Shown piece after piece: positions 26,523 through 35,862 of a stretch of DNA of 64,000 bases (positions are counted from its first letter, which is position 1; each line of letters opens with the position of its first letter). The stretch is from positions 8,380-72,379 of the forward strand of contig JAGWGY010000001.1 of NCBI GenBank assembly GCA_028867115.1, given 5' to 3'. The position numbers and the translations under genes were made by a program. The notes under the pieces are model-generated. The model was not told where the DNA came from and did not search any database. It was given only the letters and a program-made list of their open reading frames with translations. Source of the stretch: Candidatus Micrarchaeota archaeon (lineage in GTDB: Archaea; Micrarchaeota; Micrarchaeia; Micrarchaeales; CABMGC01).

Positions 26523-28148
26523 TCACTTCAATCCTTGGATTGCCACGGCATATGCGCTCCAGGCATCACTCCCACCAGTGGTGGGTTCTACGGATGATGC
26601 GCTATATTTGCAGGTGCCGGTAAGCCCGGGACAGTACCATATTACGGTCTTTGGTATGTTTGCGCTAACTTGCTTTGCTGAAACGATATTATACGAAACA
26701 TAAAGTATGTTTCCCGTAGTAACTGTTCCTGTTATCTTTGAATACCCTGAGGGGAAGGTCATCTTATCGGTGTAGTGGGATGGGGATGTCACTGCTATCA
26801 GGATGTCGTTTGCATGGTTTGTGTTGTAATATGCGTAGGCGTTGAAGGAGTGTGCGCTTGCGGACATCGAGAGGGTATTTGGGATTAGGGAATTAAGATC
26901 AAAGGGGGTCACGGTGTTTTCCCCAGACCAGGTCGATACTGATACCTGGTAGTAGATGAGCCCGCTCAGCGGCCCGTATGTGACAATAATGTTGTCGCTT
27001 GTAAGCTTGTTCGGCACTATCGCGTAATAGACTCCAGGGGGATATACGCTACTGCTGTACTGTGTAAATGATAGAAGACCCTGAGAGTCGGTAACTGATT
27101 CCAATGGCTCCCCTGTATATTGCATCATGACAAGGACAAGTTCCTGCGAATATGCAGTAGTAATGCCGGTGAATTTCACGACGTTTGTTGAGGGGTTTGT
27201 CGGAGGAATGCAGCATGCGAGGCCAGAGTCCGCATACTGGTCCAGTGCAAGTGGCGCTGTTGTTGAGGTTGTGGAGGTTGAGGTGCTTGTTGTAGATGAA
27301 GTGGTGGAGGTTGAGGTGGAAGTAGTTGATGTTGTGGTTGTTGAGGTTGAAGTGGAAGTGGTAGTTGAAGTTGTTGTTGTAGAATAGAATGTCGCAATGA
27401 GATTACCCGGGGATATGGTGTTCATTACGGTGTTTTGTGATGTTGTAGATATGACGCTAACACCACCCTGGGTGCTCCAGCTGGAGAAGAAGTACGAGCT
27501 CGGTGGAAGTGCATAGATCGTGTAAGGGCTCTGGTAGAGAAGGATTATCTGCGTATTCGAGGGGTATGCCACCCCATCCACAACAATCTGACCAGGAACA
27601 GGGTTTGTCTGCAGATTTACCTTAAGTATCGGGTTTGCAACTTGAGGAGAGATGCCCATTGAAGCAAACCCTGTTGTATTTATTGTGTTTGCGGAGGATA
27701 TTGGAAATACGCAACTGGGTTTCTGGCATACCTGATAGTTGAGAAGGAATTTTGGGCTTATCTGCGTCCCTGGAGAAGCTATTGATTTTGAGATTGTAAC
27801 ATTGCAAGTTACGACGGCGCCCTTGACCGCATTGTAGGGAAGGCAGATGCCATTGTAAGTCTGCCCGGAGAAGGTCGGATTCACCACTATCCCGTTTATA
27901 TTAGGGAAGCTTATCTGGGTGCCAAGGTTGTTTATGAATATAACGATGAACCTTGAAGATGCGGAGTTTGACATGAATACGGACGTTACGCATGGGAAAC
28001 TAGGCGAGATGTAGCAGCTTGAAGGGGTAAACCCTGATGGATTGCGGACGGTGACAACAGCGAGTATGAAGGCCAAAAAGACTGCGATTGCAAGGAAGGC
28101 CCAGGAGTAGGTGAGCAGGAACTCTATAGACGACTGGAGTTTACCCAT
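26523..28148 (-). CDS. large secreted protein with class III (type IV pilin-like, QxSxE) signal peptide and Thr/Ser linker, paralog A
   Basis: 541 aa; N-terminus MGKL-QSSIEFLLTYSWAFLAIAVFLAF; about 40-residue T/S run; many N-x-S/T sequons. Confidence 0.7.
   Translation of the reverse strand: MGKLQSSIEFLLTYSWAFLAIAVFLAFILAVVTVRNPSGFTPSSCYISPSFPCVTSVFMSNSASSRFIVIFINNLGTQISFPNINGIVVNPTFSGQTYNGICLPYNAVKGAVVTCNVTISKSIASPGTQISPKFLLNYQVCQKPSCVFPISSANTINTTGFASMGISPQVANPILKVNLQTNPVPGQIVVDGVAYPSNTQIILLYQSPYTIYALPPSSYFFSSWSTQGGVSVISTTSQNTVMNTISPGNLIATFYSTTTTSTTTSTSTSTTTTSTTSTSTSTTSSTTSTSTSTTSTTAPLALDQYADSGLACCIPPTNPSTNVVKFTGITTAYSQELVLVMMQYTGEPLESVTDSQGLLSFTQYSSSVYPPGVYYAIVPNKLTSDNIIVTYGPLSGLIYYQVSVSTWSGENTVTPFDLNSLIPNTLSMSASAHSFNAYAYYNTNHANDILIAVTSPSHYTDKMTFPSGYSKITGTVTTGNILYVSYNIVSAKQVSANIPKTVIWYCPGLTGTCKYSASSVEPTTGGSDAWSAYAVAIQGLK
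27258..27381 (-). repeat. low-complexity poly-Thr/Ser coding repeat (linker of paralog A)
   Basis: Plus strand reads GTTGAGGTTGTGGAGGTTGAGGTG...; translates on minus strand as STTTTSTTTSTSTSTTTTSTTSTSTSTTSSTTSTSTSTTSTT. Confidence 0.85.
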
Positions 28149-28253
28149 CCAAACACTTGTTTTTGCTATAGTCTAACTATAAACCTTTTTATGCCTTACA
28201 ACTGCAACTGGGGGGCAAATATAGTGGGAACCGTAGGCGGCCATGAACAGAGA

Positions 28254-29888
28254 CTATGGAAAACCTTGGATTGCAACTGCAAAATCAACCCACCCGTCGC
28301 TACCCCCTGCTGTTGGCTCTTGTGATGTTGGTACGTATTTGCAGGTCTTGTCCTTGTAGCTAGGGCAGTAGAACACAAGGGTCTTTGGGGTGTTTGCGCT
28401 TGCTTGGATTGCACTGACAACATTATATGAGACATATAGTATGTTGCCTGTTGAGACGCTGCCTGTTATCTTGGTGTATCCGCTTGGAAACTTGAAGTTG
28501 TCCCATAGGTGGCTGGGAGTTATAGCGGATATGAGAATGTCATTGGCATTGCTAGTTGTGTAGTATGCAAACGCATTAAAGGAACGTGATGTTGCGGCCA
28601 TACTCATTGTGTTTGGTATCTTTGAGTTTGTGTCGAATGGAGTCACGGTATTCTCGCCAGACCAGAGCGAGAGCGATACCTGGTCATCTATGAGCCCTGA
28701 GAGCGGACCGTATGTTACAGATACCTGGTCGTTTGTAAGAGTTCCTGGGACTATGGCGTAATATACTGTCGGATCAACAGATGTGCCATACTGTGAGAAC
28801 GTGAGCTGGCCCTGAGAGTCTGTGACGGACTCTATGGGCTCCCCTGCCTGGTCTGACATGACCAGCACCAGCTCGTCGCTGTAAGTGGTTGTAATCCCTG
28901 TGAAAGTGACCACGTTTGTTGACGGGTTGGTTGGCGGGCTGCAGCACGCAAGCCCTGAATCCCCATACTTGTCAAGCCCAAGTGGCGCTGTGGTTGTGGA
29001 GGTTGAGGAAGTCGTGGAGGAGGTTGTTGACGTGCTTGTAGTGGAAGTTGTCGAAGTTGAAGTTAAGGAGGTTGTGGTGGAGGAGGTTGATGTGGAAGTA
29101 ATGGTGGATGTCGTAGTCGTGGAGTAGAATACTGCAATGATGTTCCCAGGGGATATTGCGTTCACAATCGCGTTCTGGGTTGTTGCAGGTGATACGCTGA
29201 CGCCGCCTGTCGTCGCCCAGCTGGAGAAGAAGTATGAGCTTGGAGGGAGAGCATACACTGTGTAGGGATACCCGTACAGGAGGTGGACCAACACGTTTGA
29301 GGGGTATACTACGCTGTTAAGCACTATCTCCCCTCCGACCGGCAGGGTCTGCAGTCCCGCTAGTACGATCGCGTTGGGCACCATCGGGGATACTTCCATC
29401 GTGGAAAAGCCCGACGTGTAGAGAAGGTTTTGAGGTACAATCGGGAAGTCGCACCCGTCGCTATGGCACAACTCGTAGTTTAGCGTGAATTTCGGACTTA
29501 TCTGCGCCCCCACAGATGCGAGTTGCTTTGGCGCAGTGACGTTGCAGGTTACAACAGAGCCTATAGGCGCATTGTAGGGCAGGCAGACCCCGTTATAAAT
29601 CAGGCCCGAGAACGTGGGGTTCATCGTTATGCCGTTCGATTCGGGGAAGCTTATCGCCCTTCCCAGATTGTTTTTGAAGATTAGGATGAAAGCGGATGCT
29701 GCAGTGTTTGTCATGAATACCGAAGTTCTGCACAAAAGCCTTGTGTTTATGTAGCAGCTTCCTGGAGTCAGGCTTGCAGGATTTCTCACCGTTACCACGG
29801 CGAGTAGGAATGCGAGAAATACGGCAATCGCTAGAAAGGCCCAGGAGTAGGTGAGCAGGAACTCTATAGACGACTGGAGCTTACGCAT
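28254..29888 (-). CDS. large secreted protein with class III signal peptide and Thr/Ser linker, paralog B
   Basis: 544 aa; MRKL-QSSIEFLLTYSWAFLAIAVFLAF; collinear with paralog A; 44-nt identical stretch over the signal peptide (28096-28139 = 29836-29879). Confidence 0.7.
   Translation of the reverse strand: MRKLQSSIEFLLTYSWAFLAIAVFLAFLLAVVTVRNPASLTPGSCYINTRLLCRTSVFMTNTAASAFILIFKNNLGRAISFPESNGITMNPTFSGLIYNGVCLPYNAPIGSVVTCNVTAPKQLASVGAQISPKFTLNYELCHSDGCDFPIVPQNLLYTSGFSTMEVSPMVPNAIVLAGLQTLPVGGEIVLNSVVYPSNVLVHLLYGYPYTVYALPPSSYFFSSWATTGGVSVSPATTQNAIVNAISPGNIIAVFYSTTTTSTITSTSTSSTTTSLTSTSTTSTTSTSTTSSTTSSTSTTTAPLGLDKYGDSGLACCSPPTNPSTNVVTFTGITTTYSDELVLVMSDQAGEPIESVTDSQGQLTFSQYGTSVDPTVYYAIVPGTLTNDQVSVTYGPLSGLIDDQVSLSLWSGENTVTPFDTNSKIPNTMSMAATSRSFNAFAYYTTSNANDILISAITPSHLWDNFKFPSGYTKITGSVSTGNILYVSYNVVSAIQASANTPKTLVFYCPSYKDKTCKYVPTSQEPTAGGSDGWVDFAVAIQGFP
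28989..29123 (-). repeat. low-complexity poly-Thr/Ser coding repeat (linker of paralog B)
   Basis: Translates as STTTTSTITSTSTSSTTTSLTSTSTTSTTSTSTTSSTTSSTSTTT. Confidence 0.85.
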
Positions 29889-29999
29889 TGATAGCCCTAC
29901 ATATTTAATCCTTTTATTACTTTATCAACACCAGACAAATTAGTAATTGCCCCTATCTGCATATGGCCAGGTATGGGCGTGGTTTACCTGAGTGAATTC

Positions 30000-30806
30000 A
30001 TGATAGGGATTATTTATTCCGCAGATGACCCAGCCTCTGCAAACGCCGCAGGGCAATTGAAGGAGACTCACGATTTTAGTGAGTCAAGAATTTCTGGAAG
30101 AACGTGCTGGAAAAACGGGGATATTGTCCTCTGGGAAGCGGACTCAAGACTTATCGATGCCAAATCCGTTGACACGATGGGGTTTGAGGTAGCATACTTT
30201 CTTAGCAAGCACAAGAGTGCAAACGGGGTCGGCGCATTTACTACGCACCCTCTTGGGAACTGGACAGCAGAGGCTGCGATAGGAGGGACACCAAGAGAGC
30301 TCTCTATAGCCGCGCCTGCAGAGATGCTCTGCGTTCTCGCTGCAATCGCGCGCATAGATGCGGTTGGGATTGAGAGGACATATGAGGCAACCCATCACGG
30401 TCCGCTTCTCAATACCCCCTCACTCTTTGTTGAGCTTGGAGGAAATGACGCTGCAATCGGCAACGTCCAACTAGCACACAAGCTTGCGGATGCGGTTTTT
30501 TCGGCGCTTTCTGGAAAACAGGATCTTCAGGATAAAGTTGTGATTGGAATCGGGGGAACGCACTACCCTGTAAAGTTTACCAAGCTCGCGCTTGAGAAGG
30601 GTTATGCGTTTGCGCATATAATGCCAAAACACGCCATACTCAATCATGATGGGAGCGACAATCTAGGGATGCTTTCGCAGGCAGTTGAGCGATCAAAAGC
30701 GCCACCTGAAGCTGCGGTGATAGATTGGAAAAGTATAAATGCGGAGACAAGGAATAAGGTGCTAAAGGAGCTATCCGCAATTGGTATTGACTATGAGAGG
30801 GTTTGA
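30000..30806 (+). CDS. dtdA: D-aminoacyl-tRNA deacylase, archaeal DTD2 type
   Basis: FTTHPLGNW, YEATHHGP, IGIGGTHY, VIDWKS; start at MIGIIYS (ORF track starts 29973). Confidence 0.8.
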   Translation: MIGIIYSADDPASANAAGQLKETHDFSESRISGRTCWKNGDIVLWEADSRLIDAKSVDTMGFEVAYFLSKHKSANGVGAFTTHPLGNWTAEAAIGGTPRELSIAAPAEMLCVLAAIARIDAVGIERTYEATHHGPLLNTPSLFVELGGNDAAIGNVQLAHKLADAVFSALSGKQDLQDKVVIGIGGTHYPVKFTKLALEKGYAFAHIMPKHAILNHDGSDNLGMLSQAVERSKAPPEAAVIDWKSINAETRNKVLKELSAIGIDYERV

Positions 30807-32793
30807 GCGCGGTATTTATACGGTGTGCATTCTCTCCCTTCTGCTTATGGGATCGGCCAACGCACAGTACTGGTACCAGTTCGGAGCAAGGGGAGGAATA
30901 ACCTCAACAGGCAACTCTGGGGCGTCTGTATCAATACAGACGATAACCCCCCAGACAAGCGACTTCGGATCCATAGGGTACTGGGTGGGCGAGGACCTGA
31001 GCAACGGCGCATTCCTCCAGGCAGGATACGTCATTGAGAACCAGTCCGGCTCGTACCCAAGCTTCTGCGACATGTCAGGGTGCTCCAACTACCAGCAGCT
31101 TAATGCAGGGGATGCGCAATGGTTCTACGAATATTTCCCTGCGGGCTTTTCCGGAGGATTCCTTGGGAGGATAGGGCCTGCAGATTCGGCAGGCAGGAAC
31201 GGCACTTTCCATTCATACTCATTCTACTTTACAAACGGCCAGTGGGACTTTGCAGTTGATGGCAACGTGGTTGGAAATACGACATTGGGCACTTCTACTT
31301 CAGGCTCAAACGCGCCAGTGGCGTTCGGTGAGATAGCAAACACAACAGGGGTTGCAGCGACACTGCCGCATGTGATTTTTAATAATCTGTCTGCATACAA
31401 GAACGGCGCCTGGTTCCCTGCGCAATCTGGCACAGCGTACATAGGCTACGGCGTGGGCAGCCTCACTAACCTGAAAAATCCGTACGGGGTTGAGGAGATA
31501 ACAAATAGGGTAAATTATTTTGCGGTAGGCTCAGGCCTCCCGCAGCCAAGGAACAACTCCCAGCTATGGAGCCTTGGTTACGGCCTTAGTGTTGTCTCGG
31601 CATACGGCAATCTCTCCTCAAGCGGCGCTTACGTCGCATACTCGAACGTGAAGATATCTGCGCCGCAGAGCGTACAGCTATCTGGCAACACGAGGGTGGT
31701 ATTCGCGGGATGGAAGGGGACTGGTATAGGCTCTTATAGCGGTCCGCTAGACAGCGTCACGCTCGCTATGGACAGCAACATAACAGAGACAGCGCAGTGG
31801 CAGACCCAGTATCTGCTGAACGTCTCCTCGCCATATGGACAAACGTACGGAAGCGGGTGGTATGCCTTGGGCAGCTCGGCAGGATACGGGATAAGAAATG
31901 GCACCGTGCCCACTAGCGCTACCTCCCGAGAGGTTTTCGAGGATTGGAGCAACGGGAATGCTGCTCTTGGCGGGACGGCCACAATGAACGGCCCCACAAA
32001 CATCAACGCGACATGGACGCAGCAGTTCCTAGTAACCCTGCAGTCGCAGTACGGCAACGCGACAGGAGGGGGATGGTACAATTATGGAGGGGAGGCAAAG
32101 ATAGGGATAAACATAGGCAACATAACAGTCTCGCCAAGCGAGAGGATAGCCTTCTATCAGTGGAGCAACGGGAATTTGAACCGCAGTTTCTTCCTTAACG
32201 TAACAGGGCCGCAGTTCTTAACAGCGCAGTTCAGGAAAATAGGGCTTGCGACCTTCAACCCCCAGAACGCGAATGGGGAAAGCCTGGGCAACGTGACTCT
32301 TTATATGGGCAATTCAACTGTAGGGCAGAGCGAGTTCCTCTTCGAGAACCAATCCTACACGATAAGCTACGCATATTATAAGGGGGTCAGGATGATTGTC
32401 AGCGACACGTTCACTTTCTCATCTTCCGGCCCTGTTGATGTGAAGCTGCCGGTGTATAACGTGCAGATAGCGACAAGGGACCTGTTCGGCCAGCCTATAC
32501 AGTCTGCCGTAAGCGTCAGGTTCTCAAACGACAGTGTGCTCAGGGCAACAACTGGATCAAGCGGGATGATAAACTTCACCAACGTACCGTACGGCTACGT
32601 TAACGTGACTGCAAGCAACCTGGGCATAACACAGCAGGCGGTCGCAAGAAACGGAGGCACCACAAGCCTGCTCTTTGTCTCGAATTTGGACATGGCGATC
32701 TTTGCAGGGGTGATAGCTGCGATTGCGGGGGCGTTCTTCGTTGCAAGGCACTTTGCGCGCAGGCCAGGCCAAAGCAGCGCGCAGCAGGCATAA
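30793..32793 (+). CDS. cell-surface glycoprotein: signal peptide, jelly-roll N-domain, repeated beta-sandwich modules, C-terminal TM anchor
   Basis: N-terminus MRGFERGIYTVCILSLLLMGSANAQ; about 25 N-x-S/T sequons; repeats F-x-x-W-x-G...Q-[YF]-L-[LV]-x-[VL]-x-S-x-YG...G-x-GWY; C-terminus IFAGVIAAIAGAFFVARHFARR. Confidence 0.65.
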   Translation: MRGFERGIYTVCILSLLLMGSANAQYWYQFGARGGITSTGNSGASVSIQTITPQTSDFGSIGYWVGEDLSNGAFLQAGYVIENQSGSYPSFCDMSGCSNYQQLNAGDAQWFYEYFPAGFSGGFLGRIGPADSAGRNGTFHSYSFYFTNGQWDFAVDGNVVGNTTLGTSTSGSNAPVAFGEIANTTGVAATLPHVIFNNLSAYKNGAWFPAQSGTAYIGYGVGSLTNLKNPYGVEEITNRVNYFAVGSGLPQPRNNSQLWSLGYGLSVVSAYGNLSSSGAYVAYSNVKISAPQSVQLSGNTRVVFAGWKGTGIGSYSGPLDSVTLAMDSNITETAQWQTQYLLNVSSPYGQTYGSGWYALGSSAGYGIRNGTVPTSATSREVFEDWSNGNAALGGTATMNGPTNINATWTQQFLVTLQSQYGNATGGGWYNYGGEAKIGINIGNITVSPSERIAFYQWSNGNLNRSFFLNVTGPQFLTAQFRKIGLATFNPQNANGESLGNVTLYMGNSTVGQSEFLFENQSYTISYAYYKGVRMIVSDTFTFSSSGPVDVKLPVYNVQIATRDLFGQPIQSAVSVRFSNDSVLRATTGSSGMINFTNVPYGYVNVTASNLGITQQAVARNGGTTSLLFVSNLDMAIFAGVIAAIAGAFFVARHFARRPGQSSAQQA

Positions 32794-32847
32794 GACGGCG
32801 TCGCAGGATAAATTTATAGCTTGTTGTTCAGAAGCTATACCGATTGG

Positions 32848-33375
32848 ATGAGGGCGCTGATTGTCATAACCCCAAGGAACTTCCGCGACGAGACGGTATC
32901 GCTTGCGCGGCTGCTTTTCGGAAAGTGGGGAGTTACCCCAGTCATAGCAAGCTACACAAAGGGGGAGAAGGAGTGCGTTGGGACCCATGGCGCAATCTAC
33001 AAGCCAGAGCTCAACGCCACAAAGCTCACCTCTGAGGGGTTCGATGCGCTCCTTGTTGTTGACGGGCCGGGAGTTGACGAGTACAAGCTGCATGATTTCA
33101 GGCCGCTGCTCGATCTGATAAAGGATTTTGTTTCGAACAAGAAGGTCGTAGGCGCCATAGGGAACTCAGTAAAGGTTGTCGCCAGGGCGAATGTAATCAC
33201 AGACAGGACGATATCCGCACCGAAGGATGAAGAGATCTCAAGGCTAGTCCGCATATACAGGGGGAGGGAGTCGGAGAAGCCGATAGAGTACGACAAGTTC
33301 CTGCTTACAGCAAGGAACCCGCAGAGCGCAGAGCAGTTCCTAAATGCAATGCTAGAGCAGATGGGCGTAAAGTGA
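32848..33375 (+). CDS. DJ-1/PfpI-fold protein lacking the nucleophile Cys
   Basis: ALLVVDGPG...KKVVGAIGNSVKVVARANV aligns to the PfpI elbow A-I-C-H-G-P but has G-N in place of C-H. Confidence 0.55.
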   Translation: MRALIVITPRNFRDETVSLARLLFGKWGVTPVIASYTKGEKECVGTHGAIYKPELNATKLTSEGFDALLVVDGPGVDEYKLHDFRPLLDLIKDFVSNKKVVGAIGNSVKVVARANVITDRTISAPKDEEISRLVRIYRGRESEKPIEYDKFLLTARNPQSAEQFLNAMLEQMGVK

Positions 33376-33687
33376 CTATTTGTAAAAGACGTGGGTCTCT
33401 GCTCCGCATTCGCACTTATAGGCCACGTAACCTTTTGAGCTTGCAAGCCGGACTGTGCAGTTGAGGCCGGTGACAAAAACGTTGCCGCACTTTTTACATA
33501 TCCTTTCCCTGATATCATTAGGCATCCTGACCTTGTAGTGGGTGCTTATCTTATTGGCTATTTTGACATACCTTTTTGCAAGCCTCCTAGAATCGCTATC
33601 TCCCTTTTTCGTTCTCTGCTGCGCTAGCTCAAAGAGCCTGTGTATCCTGTCCAGCGCAACCTCATTGACAAAAGAGTCCTTTTGCAT
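33376..33687 (-). CDS. rnp4: RNase P protein component 4 (Rpp21)
   Basis: 103 aa; helical N-half (RIHRLFELAQ...AKRYVKIA) plus zinc ribbon CKKC...CECG. Confidence 0.8.
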   Translation of the reverse strand: MQKDSFVNEVALDRIHRLFELAQQRTKKGDSDSRRLAKRYVKIANKISTHYKVRMPNDIRERICKKCGNVFVTGLNCTVRLASSKGYVAYKCECGAETHVFYK

Positions 33688-33820
33688 AATACGTATCTGC
33701 GCGTTTGTCTTATATCCTTTGTCGTTGCACTAGATGCATGAAAAGCGAAAAGGGGATGAAGCAGACTAAGAACTTTGGGCGGTAGGTCATCGGAGCAGGG
33801 ATTAAATAAAACGGATTAGC

Positions 33821-34693
33821 ATGAAAATATATTTCAGAAACGAACTGCGTCTAAGAAAACTTCTCTTTATCTATGATTTGGGCGCTCCTGGGGCCCTTAC
33901 GAGTGCAATGAAAGAGGTGCCGTGGATCTTTGGGGACAGATTAGCATATTCGGTTAAAATTTACGATGAATATATAAGTGATGCGAGGTATCACAACAGG
34001 GTCTGGTACGCCCTCGCAACAAATAACCGCCCCAGGATTCTCACAAATAAAGAATATTCAAATTTGATAACGCTTCTAGATAAGATCGATGTTCCAATTT
34101 TAAGTGAAGGGGATCAATTCTTCGAGAAGCTTATTGGTGGCCTACAGAAAGTATACAATACGAATGAGGAGAGGATTGCAAAACACATTAAGGATGTTTT
34201 CGGATTTAAAATGCCAAAAGAGGCAACAGTCATACTTTCAGAGAGCGGGAGTAGGAGATTAAGTTTTGGCGGTGGGCTTGCTTTTGACAAGAAAAGAAAT
34301 TCTGTGATTTTTGGTCTGGGCGTTGGAAGAAATACGAAGAGCTGGAATAAGACGACAATGGCCGTTTTCATCCACGAGTTGCTGCACAAACTAATAGCAA
34401 TGAACGGCACCTTAAAAAAGAAGGTAGATGGGGATGAAAACCCTCAATACTTTGAAGAGGCAGTTCTTGATTACTTTGTCCCAAACGGCATTCTTGGTGA
34501 AAAGCTAGGACTTATGGAGAAAAAGGACATATCCAGCCATAAAAAGAAGAATGACGCACAGAGGGAAGTGGCAAAAGGGATATCAGACAGGCTGCTCATC
34601 CCAATCAAGGAGTACTCTAAATCCTATGGGAAAGTTACCATTTGGAACTTCCTTGCAAAGCGCGGGTTTGCAAAATATATAAACAACAAATAG
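33821..34693 (+). CDS. hypothetical protein with HExxH motif (possible minimal Zn-metallopeptidase)
   Basis: 290 aa; FIHELLHKL followed about 27 aa later by FEEAVLDY; gene noticeably more A/T-rich than neighbours. Confidence 0.4.
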   Translation: MKIYFRNELRLRKLLFIYDLGAPGALTSAMKEVPWIFGDRLAYSVKIYDEYISDARYHNRVWYALATNNRPRILTNKEYSNLITLLDKIDVPILSEGDQFFEKLIGGLQKVYNTNEERIAKHIKDVFGFKMPKEATVILSESGSRRLSFGGGLAFDKKRNSVIFGLGVGRNTKSWNKTTMAVFIHELLHKLIAMNGTLKKKVDGDENPQYFEEAVLDYFVPNGILGEKLGLMEKKDISSHKKKNDAQREVAKGISDRLLIPIKEYSKSYGKVTIWNFLAKRGFAKYINNK

Positions 34694-34745
34694 GTGTTGT
34701 GGATCGTTTTGCTCCCCCTTTGGAGTGCAGTTAAGGCTTCGGAAA

Positions 34746-35813
34746 CTAGATTAAACCCTTTGCGATAGCGTACTCTGCAGATGCAACGAGCCCGAGGCCT
34801 GCGCCTATCCCAGTATTATCTGTTGTCGCCCTGAACATAAGGGTGTTTTCATCGGCTTTCTTGATCTCACCTATCGCTGTGGCCATCGGTCCGAAGTTCT
34901 TTGTGTGCAGTTCTGGCACCACCTTCCCGTTCCACAGGACTATCGTGTTTGTAGGGAGCGTATAGAGTGAATAACCGTGTGTTGGGGTCAGTATTGCATT
35001 TAGTATCTCCCCGAGGTCGAATGAATTTTTCATCCTGACAAGTATGCGCTCGTCATGGACGTTCTCCCTGTAGACCCTTGTGCAGAACGCACTTATCTCA
35101 AAGTCAGCATCCTTTCGCATTGTATTTATTGCATCGAAAGATCCAAGGACCTGTTTTGACTCGCTCATCACTTTCTCGTTCTCCCCCTCTATGTACGGGT
35201 ACTTCCCGACCTTCCTTACCATAGACCTGTAGGCATTCCCCTCCTCAAGCCCCTTCTTTCCTGCTCCGGATAATGCTTGCTCTGTTGATACGGACACGTT
35301 CCTTATCCCATAATGCGCGACCTTCTTGAGCACGCTGACTATAGGGGAGGTCGTGCAGTTTGACTTCGAAACTATGAACCCTCGCCTGCCGAATTTTGCC
35401 TTCTGTGCCCCGACCATCTCCATATGCTCGTCGTTCACGGTGACGTTGTGTATCGGCACAAGGGATGCGTACCTGTTTGCGCTAGCCGCAGTGAAAACGG
35501 GGGTGTCTTCCGCGAATCTAGCTTCGTATTTTGCGGCAACATCCGAATCCAATGTTGAAAAGATAATCTCGCACTCTTTTGGGTCGAAGTTTTTTATGCC
35601 CTGGACAACCATGTCCATCACCCTTGTGCTAGGGACATTTGAATCAAGCTTTTGAAAGAAAGGAGTTATCGCATCTGCCAAGCGCTTGCCTGCCGAACTC
35701 TCTGATGCAACAACTCTTGCTACTTCGAGAAATGGATGGCGCTCCAGGTAGGCAACCAATTTTTGGCCCGCAGGGCCTGTTGCCCCCACAACGGCGCATT
35801 TGAGCTTCTCCAT
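34746..35813 (-). CDS. asd: aspartate-semialdehyde dehydrogenase
   Basis: 355 aa; VVGATGPAGQKLV Rossmann start, catalytic SNCTTSP. Confidence 0.75.
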   Translation of the reverse strand: MEKLKCAVVGATGPAGQKLVAYLERHPFLEVARVVASESSAGKRLADAITPFFQKLDSNVPSTRVMDMVVQGIKNFDPKECEIIFSTLDSDVAAKYEARFAEDTPVFTAASANRYASLVPIHNVTVNDEHMEMVGAQKAKFGRRGFIVSKSNCTTSPIVSVLKKVAHYGIRNVSVSTEQALSGAGKKGLEEGNAYRSMVRKVGKYPYIEGENEKVMSESKQVLGSFDAINTMRKDADFEISAFCTRVYRENVHDERILVRMKNSFDLGEILNAILTPTHGYSLYTLPTNTIVLWNGKVVPELHTKNFGPMATAIGEIKKADENTLMFRATTDNTGIGAGLGLVASAEYAIAKGLI

Positions 35814-35862
35814 AACAGGGATGGGGATTCAAGCGCTAAAAGGGTTCTCTACAGGGAGGCTT

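Noticed and set aside
27127-27387. VVEVEV-rich plus-strand ORFs (also 28885..29127) and the periodic GTTGAGGTTG DNA, considered as a tandem repeat or CRISPR-like array
   Set aside because: They are the antisense of the poly-Thr/Ser linker coding regions. There is no repeat-spacer architecture. No CRISPR array was seen anywhere in the window.
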